This document shows, piece by piece, positions 1-6,136 of a stretch of DNA of 6,191 nt; within the stretch, counting starts at the first letter, position 1; each line of letters begins with the position of its first letter. Location of the stretch: assembly GCF_006345805.1 (NCBI RefSeq), contig NW_021829537.1:1-6191 (forward strand), written 5' to 3'. The notes below the pieces were generated by a model that saw only the letters and a program-made list of their open reading frames with translations, was not told where the DNA came from and made no database searches. The position numbers and the translations under genes were made by a program. This DNA is from Octopus sinensis (taxonomy: Eukaryota).

Positions 1-103
1 TTCTTGACTGAAGATTGAAGGCTTCGAATGTCCCGTCCGTGTTTTTTGTATCGTCTTCTAAATGTTTCACGTCTTGTCCCAGTTTGTATTTTTTTACATT
101 TAC
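1..103. repeat. Dispersed-repeat fragment, possibly a Penelope-like element terminal cassette; runs off the left edge and ends at a (TA) run
   Basis: Pyrimidine-rich non-coding cassette abutting TA repeats at 104-114, the same arrangement as the cassettes at 5136-5293 and 5617-5682. I recall this sequence as an octopus repeat. The family assignment is inference. Confidence 0.35.
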
Positions 104-357
104 ATATATATATACAAAGGGTTTGTATGATATGTATAGAGTATATTACTCAAAAGAATTCCAACTCTGTTTTTCACGTTTTATTTATTATCTTTTAATA
201 TTAATATAAAATTTCTAAAAAAATATAGTAAAAATAAATGAAATGAAGTATTGTCTATTCTTATTGAACTCGTATACTTTCTGGCATTTATGCAATCTTC
301 AGGTTCATACGATGGTGGTGGTGGTCGTGGCAGTTGTGTTCATTGGTTTCAACTGTG

Positions 358-363
<6 letters not shown>

Positions 364-399
<36 letters not shown>

Positions 400-416
400 C
401 ATAGAGAGAGAGAGAG
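364..416. repeat. Compound microsatellite: (TA)16 at 364-395 and (AG)7 at 403-416
   Basis: Read directly from the sequence. Confidence 0.97.
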
Positions 417-798
417 AAAGCTGAAGTTGTCTGTGTATGGCAGGTTTGGTAGCCTTCAACTAACACTATCACCTCCGAGACTCTGCATCGCAAGTTGACC
501 AAAATTGAAAGTATGGTAGAAGAAGGCTTGCTCTTCATTCTGTAGAAGATAAAATTCAAATCTGACCATGTTAACACCAAAAATTATTTACATCAAAAAG
601 GTGCTTTTTTTTCTATGAAAATCCTTATTTTTTACGATTTTTTTTTACTGCTGTGTCGCCATTTTTCGGTGTATTTCAACCAGAAAAATGTTCACTTAAA
701 AAGAATAACAAGCTACATAATGCAAAATTTTTACTTTTCAAAAATTCCAATTCTAAAGGGTCAAAACAAACCCGAGCAACGCTGGGCGATACTGCTAG
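417..798 (+). mobile_element. Non-autonomous Helitron; 5' end obscured by the upstream microsatellite
   Basis: GC-rich hairpin CCCGAGCAACGCTGGG (771-786), an 8-nt spacer, CTAG (795-798), then T799. This matches the Helitron 3' signature (hairpin + CTRR, inserted before T, no TSD). No Rep/helicase coding. The 5' TC terminus is not identifiable and is probably lost in the (TA)n/(AG)n run. Confidence 0.78.
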
Positions 799-803
799 TA
801 TAC

Positions 804-866
<63 letters not shown>
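799..866. repeat. (TA)n followed by (TG)26 microsatellite (815-866)
   Basis: Read directly; it explains the CVCVCV/HTHTHT ORFs. Confidence 0.98.
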
Positions 867-869
<3 letters not shown>

Positions 870-1035
870 ACACTTTATTTCACGTTGCTCCAGTTCATTC
901 AGCTGTGTAGAGGGGAGGTTGGTATGCATGAGCGACTCCTGGTCTTCCATAAAAAAATCTTGCTCGGACTTGTGTCTCGGAGGAGAACTTTCTAGGTGCA
1001 ATCTCATGGTAATTCGTGACCGAAGGAGGTCTTAA
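870..1035 (+). mobile_element. 5'-truncated SINE (core plus 3' tail; head type B)
   Basis: 870-908 ACACTTTATTTCACGTTGCTCCAGTTCATTCAGCTG is nearly identical to the core of the minus-strand SINEs at 4232-4280 and 1965-2000. The tRNA head is missing and the 3' part differs from both other copies. Confidence 0.7.
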
Positions 1036-1080
1036 CCCTGTACCCATATATAGATATTCATAAGGATAATAAGCATATGG

Positions 1081-1130
1081 AAAGGGGTCCGTGGGAAAAC
1101 TCATTTAAATAGAAGGGCTGGGAACCACTG
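1081..1130. mobile_element. Orphan hAT (Charlie-like) DNA-transposon terminus
   Basis: The reverse complement of 1116-1130 is CAGTGGTTCCCAGCC, resembling CAGTGGTTC(C/T)CAA-type hAT TIRs, preceded by GGGGTCCGTGG, typical of such subterminal regions. No partner TIR found in the window. Confidence 0.5.
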
Positions 1131-1251
1131 ACTTATAGTGTTTATGGGGTTTTTTATTCCGTCAGCTGATCAAGATTTTTCTCTCCATAAAATAAAGCAG
1201 ACATTCAAAAATCTTTCCCTATTTTCTTTCTAATACGTACTTAAACTTTTG

Positions 1252-1547
1252 TGGGCAAGTGTCTTCTACCACAGGCTCGGGCCGACCAAACCTCGTGAGC
1301 GGATTTAGTACATGGAGACAGAAAACTCGTCTTGTATGTGTGTGTATGTGTCCATCAACACCGTTTGACAACCAGCGTTGATGTGTCTACGTTCCCGTAA
1401 CTTAGCAGTTCAGCAAAATGAATGATAGAATAAGTACCAGACTTTTAAAAATTGCGCACTGAGGTTGACCTGTTCGACTAAAATTCTTCAAGGCAGTGCC
1501 CCAGCATGGCCACTGTCTAATGACTGAAACAAGTAAAAGACAAAAGA
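1252..1547 (+). mobile_element. 5'-truncated tRNA-derived SINE (family A) with a short internal microsatellite
   Basis: Collinear with the 2546-3069 copy: TGGGCAAGTGTCTTCTA, a (TG/TATG) tract at ~1335-1351, CCAGCATGGCC and TGACTGAAACAAGTAAAAGA plus a repeated AAAAGA tail. No A/B boxes. Confidence 0.88.
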
Positions 1548-1797
1548 TATTTCCAGGGATTGTTCATTGATTTTTAATTCATGAAATCCCAAACTAGATT
1601 TTCCTAAGTTGGTGCGCATTTACAACCCACAGCCGAGCCTAACTTTTGTCGGTAAGCCATCTCACTGAACGTGAAGTAATTTAAAAAAAAAAAAGTAACG
1701 TTCATTTATAATTTCTTATCAATACGATATATAATAGTTTATAGGTCCATGAGTGTAGCTTCTATTCCATACTTGCGTGGAATGTGACTCAAAATCC

Positions 1798-2093
1798 GGC
1801 ACTCCGTCAGTTACAACGTGGGGTTCCATTTGATTCGATGAACGAAACAGCCTGCTCGTGAAATTAACGTGCAAGTGGCTGAGCACTCCACAGACACGTG
1901 TACACAACGTAATTCTCAGGGAGACTCAGCGTGACAAAGCTGGACCTTTAAAATACAGATTCTACTTGTTAATGAAATGGAGCAATGTGGAATAATACGT
2001 CTTGCAGAAGGACACAACACGCCGCCTGGAATCGAACTTCTTACCTTGCAATCCTGAGCCGAATATCCTAACCAGTAAGCCACGCGTCTTCAC
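1798..2093 (-). mobile_element. tRNA-derived SINE (head type B), near full length
   Basis: Minus-strand head GTGAAGACGCGTGGCTTACTGGTTAGG with A box TGGCTTACTGG (2072-2082) and B box AGTTCGATTCC (2028-2038). Core shared with the 870 and 4083 copies. No TSD found. Confidence 0.88.
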
Positions 2094-2554
2094 TGGAATA
2101 ATACTATGTAGGTTCACAACACCAGACGAATTAAGATACGCATTTTCGTTCTCTGTATTTAATGGACGGTTCATCATAATGAGATCTTTCCTTAGGAACC
2201 TCTCTTTATGTTTCATGAAATATTTCAGCAAAATGTCTTGGAAATAACTTAGATGATGTGTCTTGGATGTTGGGTTTCTTACAATGAGTCCCCATTTTGA
2301 ATCCTTCGGTGGGTGCTGGGCTTTATAACCACAACTAGTTCTCGCTCTTTAGCATGCGCCAACGATCAGTTTACTTCTGTCTTCATCTCAGTATTATTAG
2401 TAATTTTCCATTTATTATTCTGCTTGTGTACTACAATGCTTCAAGCAAATTACATCACTCTTCTTACGAAGCTACACCTTTTATCAAACTTCCTAACATA
2501 ATTCAGTTCTTATCTGTTAATCTTTTTCAATATAAATATAGTAAAGCGCAGGAG

Positions 2555-2608
2555 TGGCTGTGTGGTAAGGAGCTTGCTCCTCAACTACATGGTTCCGGGT
2601 TCAGTCCC
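2555..2608 (+). promoter_or_regulatory. Internal RNA polymerase III type-2 promoter (A box and B box) of the SINE
   Basis: TGGCTGTGTGG and GGTTCAGTCCC fit the TRGCNNARYGG and GGTTCGANTCC consensus with 32-nt spacing. Activity is unknown. Confidence 0.7.
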
Positions 2609-2707
2609 GCTGTGTGGCACCTTGGGCAAGTGTCTTCTATTATAGTCTCGGGCTGATCAAATATTTCTGAGTAGATTGGTGACAGAAACTGGAAAAGAAC
2701 CCGTCGT

Positions 2708-2810
2708 AATATATATATATACGACGGGCTTCTTTCAGTTTCTATATAATTATATATATATATATATATTTTATTTATATATATTTATTATTATATATAA
2801 TATACTTGGT

Positions 2811-2868
<58 letters not shown>
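2708..2868. repeat. Degenerate (TA)n low-complexity tract inside the SINE, interrupted by a 24-bp inverted SINE fragment (2720-2743)
   Basis: Read directly from the sequence. Confidence 0.95.
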
Positions 2869-3268
2869 GCATTGTAGGATGTATGTATGGGTGTGTGTCA
2901 TCATCATCGTCGATTGACAACGATGTTGGTGTGTTTACGTCCCCAGTAACTACCAGTTCGGCAAAAGTGTCCGACAAAATAAGTGCTGGGGTCGATTTGT
3001 TCGACTAAAAGGTGGTGCTCCAGCATGGCCGCAGTCAAATGACTGAAACAAGTAAAAGAATAAAAGAATAATATAGTAAAGCAGTAAATACTTTCATAAT
3101 TTTAATTAAGTTACTGATTTGTTCACAGCACGCAATAAGCCGTGGTGTATTTAGTGTTGAGAAAAGAAGCATGGACGAGAAGCTCGGGCGAGAGAAGGTA
3201 TTATCAGGTTATTTGAAGTCGGTTGCCGATACGCTCAGCAACATAGATATCTCATAGTTAGGTGAACC

Positions 3269-3834
3269 TCATCATCATCATTGTTCGACCGTGGTCGAGA
3301 CAATGGAATTTACCATGCTACGCCAGACTTCACGGTCCATCATGGCATTACGGAGGTCCTGTTGCTGGATGCCTGTATCCCTGGAGATTACATCAGGGTA
3401 GGAGAGTGTGCGCCCTCTGGTATCGCGAGCAGATGGCTTCCAGAGGAGAAGAGTAGAAATTACCTCTTTTTCAGCTCTACAACAATTTCCAGCAAATGAC
3501 TCTCCTACCTTTCACAAGAGATGACACAGGTGGTAGTTCCCATATATTTGCATTTTAGTTGGATGACGCTTCCACGAGAGATTTGAGCTCTCATGAGGGC
3601 GAGGTGTAGTTTCATCCAACCGCCTCTCAAGCTTCTTTGATAACGTCCAGGTTTCTGCCATATAGTAGAAACTGGTTCGAGGATGTGGCTTTGAAGATTT
3701 CAAGTTTGAAGTCTCTACTTAGATTTGATGACCAGATCTTATGCATGTCATTACAGGCTGACCAGGCCATACCCTTTCTAGTTAGAAAATCTTTTCCAGA
3801 TGATGATATGTATGACCCAAGATATTTGTAATCA
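3269..3834 (-). mobile_element. 5'-truncated RTE-clade LINE: RT domain-7 motif through the ORF C-terminus and (TGA)n tail
   Basis: Minus-strand translation across frameshifts: DYKYLGSYISSSGKDFLTRKGMAWSACNDMHKIWSS..LLYG/ETWTLSKKLERRLD..NLSWKRHPTKMQIYG/LPPVSSLVKGRRV/FAGNCCRAEKEVISTLLLWKP..DREVWRSMVNSIVSTTVEQ*. KYLG, LLYGxETW and FAGH-like motifs are typical of RTE-clade ORFs. The stop at 3278-3280 starts a (TGA)4 tail. Exact 13-bp TSD TAGGTGAACCTCA at 3259-3271 and 3835-3847. Confidence 0.92.
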
Positions 3835-4082
3835 TAGGTGAACCTCACTAGCCTCAAGTGATACCAGGACCGCTGAATACGATGATCATGCCTGTGGGCT
3901 TCTCTGTAGAAAATCAACATGAAATGTTAGCTTGGACAGAAAACCAAAAACCAGACAGAAGCATGGACTGAAATACATCAAGGTCACAAGAGCGAACAGT
4001 CAATAGAAATCGGGATTAAACATTTTGGAATTGGTAGAGGACTCTGCTCACCAGATTTCCCACTTGAAGAACACATCAAAGA

Positions 4083-4374
4083 ACACGTGATCGACCAGAT
4101 TATTGGATGTTATATATCGCTGGTCACAATGCGCTTTGCATCGTTTTAGCTTTTTTTTAATGATGCCTCCCCATTGGCAAGACGAGCAGGCCAACGTTTC
4201 CCCTTAGCGGAAGATTATTCGGTTGCAGGGTGGTTACCCATTTACAGCGAAGTGGACTGTGACAACGTGAAATAAAGTATTTTGCTCAAGAACACAACGC
4301 ATAGCTGGTCTGAGACTCGAAACTACGATCTCCCAATTGCGAGTGTAACATGCCTAACCACCAGGCCTTCACAT
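4083..4374 (-). mobile_element. tRNA-derived SINE (head type B, different 3' tail) with probable 8-bp TSD
   Basis: Minus-strand head GTGAAGGCCTGGTGGTTAGG (damaged A box), B-box-like GTTTCGAGTCT (4313-4323) and core TTTATTTCACGTTG..CAGTCCACTTCGCTGTAAATGGGTAACC (4232-4280). Direct repeat ATCAAAGA at 4075-4082 and 4375-4382. Confidence 0.85.
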
Positions 4375-4957
4375 ATCAAAGATATGATGCGGAACCCTGC
4401 CACACAAATGATTTCCTCAATGATTTCAGCAGATAAATACTTCAATGTCTGTTCTCAAAGTGAAAAAAAAAGGGGGGGGGAATGGTGAAGGCAAGAACCG
4501 GTAATGGCTTGTATCCAGTTCTGGAAAATAGTTTTTGGGGTAACCCATCATGAAGGCTTTTCTATGTTACAGTGGATTCACAACTACAAAACCGAACGTG
4601 AAAGCCACAAAATAACTAAAACTGCAACAAATTCAAAGCTTCCGAGGGGTTATCGCCGAAACCATCCCTCGAGTTTCTGCTCCTAGATCGGCCCCAATGC
4701 CTACGGCCGCTCTCAATGGCCCTGACTGAGATATTTGGTAACCTACGTATTATGTTTAGATGTATATTTACAGACTAAAAGGAGGAAGCATTTTTGGAGA
4801 ATGGAGTAAAGAATATGAGTTTTTACAAGTATGTATGATTTTGAGTTCTTGATCTGCAAATATATAGAATAATATCACATTGCATAAAATGTAATATAAT
4901 GGCTTGAAATTTCGGCCCATGGTCAGCAGGTTTTTGAGATGTATAATGGCTACGTAA

Positions 4958-5123
4958 GGACAAAGATGGCCGTGTGGTTAAGAAGTTCGTTTTACAGTCA
5001 TCTCGTTTCAGGGTCAGTCTCACTGCGCGGCAACTTTTGGGCATGTCTTTTCTACTATAGCATCGGACCACCTTATGCCTCCTGACTGAACATCGTAAAA
5101 GGAAACTGTGTTGAAGCCCATTG
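4958..5123 (+). mobile_element. Diverged 5' half of a family-A SINE, ending at its internal (TA)n
   Basis: A box TGGCCGTGTGG (4967-4977), B-box-like GGGTCAGTCTC (5011-5021), then TTGGGCATGTCTTTTCTACTATAG and GGAAACTG..GAAGCCC, collinear with 2546-2708. Confidence 0.8.
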
Positions 5124-5135
5124 TATATATATATA

Positions 5136-5293
5136 GGGAGAATTCACAAACAGACAACAAACAGATGTATTAGTATAACGCTCGGGAAGTGAAAAAGTCT
5201 TTAACGTTTCGAGCCTACGCTCTTCCACAGAAGGGAACACAGAAAGAAACAAGGAGAGAAAATGAAAATGTGTAGTGGCTAGCGATCTATCAT
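5136..5293 (-). mobile_element. Short non-autonomous cassette flanked by (TA)n, probably derived from a Penelope-like element terminus
   Basis: Bounded by TA runs on both sides, shares the exact 20-mer ACAACAAACAGATGTATTAG (5154-5173) with 5663-5682, and contains a hammerhead-like motif. The PLE assignment is inferred from that motif; there is no RT or GIY-YIG sequence. Confidence 0.5.
5199..5233 (-). ncRNA. Minimal type-I hammerhead-ribozyme-like motif with a variant core
   Basis: Minus strand reads CUU|CUGUGGA|A|GAGC-GUAG-GCUC|GAAA|CGUUA|AAG: a 3-bp helix I, a CUGANGA-like box (A6 replaced by U), a perfect 4-bp helix II, GAAA and a palindromic AACGUU in place of helix III. Confidence 0.45.
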
Positions 5294-5307
5294 ATATATA
5301 TATATAT

Positions 5308-5600
5308 GGCCTAACGACCCTCCATGTTTGTTTTCGTTCGGTTCCCTTGTATGTCCTGCTTTTGTTCCTAACTTTGACTCTCCATAAATCCTAAATTTTA
5401 TTTTTGAATCTATGAGAACAACTGTCTTTCAAGACTCATATTGTCGTTGAATGCATGAAATGAGGAGTAGACAGAAAGCCGACAGCTGATGAAGGGTCCT
5501 TTCTCCTTTCGGTCTGTTTTCCATTTTTCTCTTGTTTACTTATTTAACTCGTTTGTTTACGTATTTCATGTTGTTTGCACAGTTGTGACGTCCTGTACCC
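5308..5600 (+). repeat. Second (TA)n-flanked cassette containing GACAGCTGATGAAGG; possible Penelope-like terminal fragment
   Basis: Lies between TA runs (5292-5307 and 5601-5610), carries CTGATGA at 5486-5492 followed by a pyrimidine-rich tract, and ends in CCTGTACCCATATA. The family assignment rests on recall and inference. Confidence 0.35.
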
Positions 5601-5616
5601 ATATATATATAATATA

Positions 5617-5682
5617 GTGAGAATTTACAAAAAAAAAACAAAAGACGAAGGCGAATGTGTAAACAACAAACAGATGTATTAG
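5617..5682 (-). repeat. Truncated second copy of the 5136-5293 cassette family
   Basis: Starts GTGAGAATTTACAAA (cf. GGGAGAATTCACAAA at 5136) and ends in the identical 20-mer at 5663-5682. It has ~28 extra internal nt relative to the first copy. Confidence 0.75.
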
Positions 5683-5689
5683 GAGAGGT

Positions 5690-5712
5690 TATATATATAT
5701 ATATGTGTATGT

Positions 5713-5751
<39 letters not shown>

Positions 5752-5809
5752 TGTATGTGTATGTATGTATGTGTATATATTACTTATTATATATATATGT
5801 GTGTATGTG
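5690..5809. repeat. Compound (TA)/(TG)/(TATG) microsatellite
   Basis: Read directly from the sequence. Confidence 0.97.
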
Positions 5810-6095
5810 AGGGGTGCTGCTTTGGCGTGATCTACACTTTCAGGGGAGATTACTTTAGATTACTTTTTAGTTTATTTTTGATTTTCTAAGAATCCTTAAA
5901 ATATCGGCCAAAGAATTTCGTAATGTGATCAACGACGAGACGATTAAAATAAGAAGAATTTTGGAAAAACACATTCTCAATGCTAAGCAAGTACAAAAGA
6001 ATTTATTAAAAGGGTTTAGAAATTGAAAAGTAGATTTAAAAGTAACCTAAAGTAATCTCCCTTTAAATTTTAGATCACACGCCAAAGTAGCACCT
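5810..6095. mobile_element. MITE with ~55-bp terminal inverted repeats, possibly Mutator-like
   Basis: 5813-5867 versus the reverse complement of 6038-6094: 49 of 55 positions identical, 6 mismatches and one 2-nt indel. AT-rich non-coding interior. 9-bp direct repeat GTGTATGTG at 5801-5809 and 6096-6104, but it lies inside a microsatellite. Confidence 0.85.
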
Positions 6096-6127
6096 GTGTA
6101 TGTGTGTATGTGTGTGTGAGTGTGTGT
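6096..6127. repeat. (TG)/(TATG) microsatellite
   Basis: Read directly from the sequence. Confidence 0.95.
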
Positions 6128-6136
6128 ACACGTTTT

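Larger units (their letters stand above)
2546..3069 (+). mobile_element. Full-length tRNA-derived SINE (family A) with TSD and expanded internal AT microsatellite
   Basis: A box TGGCTGTGTGG (2555-2565), B box GGTTCAGTCCC (2598-2608) and a (TAAAAGA) repeat tail ending at ~3069. Exact 13-bp direct repeat AATATAGTAAAGC at 2535-2547 and 3070-3082; its last 2 nt overlap the SINE start. Confidence 0.93.
3171..4600 (+). pseudogene. Decayed Ty3/Gypsy LTR-retrotransposon pol relic (end of RNase H, then integrase), interrupted by the RTE LINE and a SINE
   Basis: Motifs occur in pol order: VADTLS (3222-3239; cf. ADxLSR), EIHQGH (3970-3987; integrase HHCC histidines), HIKDMMRN (across the SINE), QEPVM..WKIV (4492-4533; cf. 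KEPL..PWQKV) and YVTVD (4563-4577, shifted frame; cf. YLVxVD). Motif spacing is imperfect and the cysteines and first catalytic Asp are not clearly preserved. Recognised by eye only. Confidence 0.45.

Noticed and set aside
8-32. CTGAAGA...GAATGTC as a second hammerhead
   Set aside because: It has a CUGANGA box, but GAAA is replaced by GAAU, the GAAG/CUUC stem has a 1-nt loop and no helix I partner is evident.
305-1104. ORFs 305..580, 615..995, 653..910, 676..873, 795..1007, 814..1035 and 895..1104
   Set aside because: They run through stop-free dinucleotide repeats (YIYI, CVCV, HTHT), the Helitron body and a SINE; no protein motifs.
1666-1704. A12 run flanked by AAGTAA direct repeats and a 7-bp inverted repeat (TGAACGT/ACGTTCA)
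   Set aside because: Too short and AT-rich to distinguish from chance; a poly(A)-only insertion cannot be supported.
1719-2093. ORF 1719..1907 and the SINE-overlapping parts of 1962..2231 and 2002..2247
   Set aside because: They overlap the minus-strand SINE; no domain similarity.
2546-2612. SINE heads (also 2025-2093, 4310-4372, 4960-5022) as tRNA genes
   Set aside because: A and B boxes are present but no cloverleaf can be folded, and each continues into repeat body sequence.
3262-3831. + strand ORFs 3262..3456, 3281..3499 and 3637..3831
   Set aside because: Antisense shadows of the RTE coding sequence.
3848-3920. N-terminal part of ORF 3627..3920 (MLIFYRE...RFT) as LINE coding sequence
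   Set aside because: It lies outside the right TSD (3835-3847); RTE homology starts only at DYKYLG, so this is chance read-through of flank.
4463-4480. A9G9 homopolymer pair
   Set aside because: A single G run cannot form an intramolecular G-quadruplex; most likely slippage in neutral DNA.
4895-4935. ATAATGGCTTGAAATTTCGGCCCATGGTCAGCAGGTTTT as the end of another SINE
   Set aside because: It resembles a repeat end I recall from octopus DNA, but it is short, diverged and has no second copy here.
5474-5510. GAAA (5474-5477) and CTGATGA (5486-5492) as a complete hammerhead
   Set aside because: No GAAA follows a helix II downstream, and the permuted reading lacks the A-U pair and NUH triplet. 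At most a half-core.
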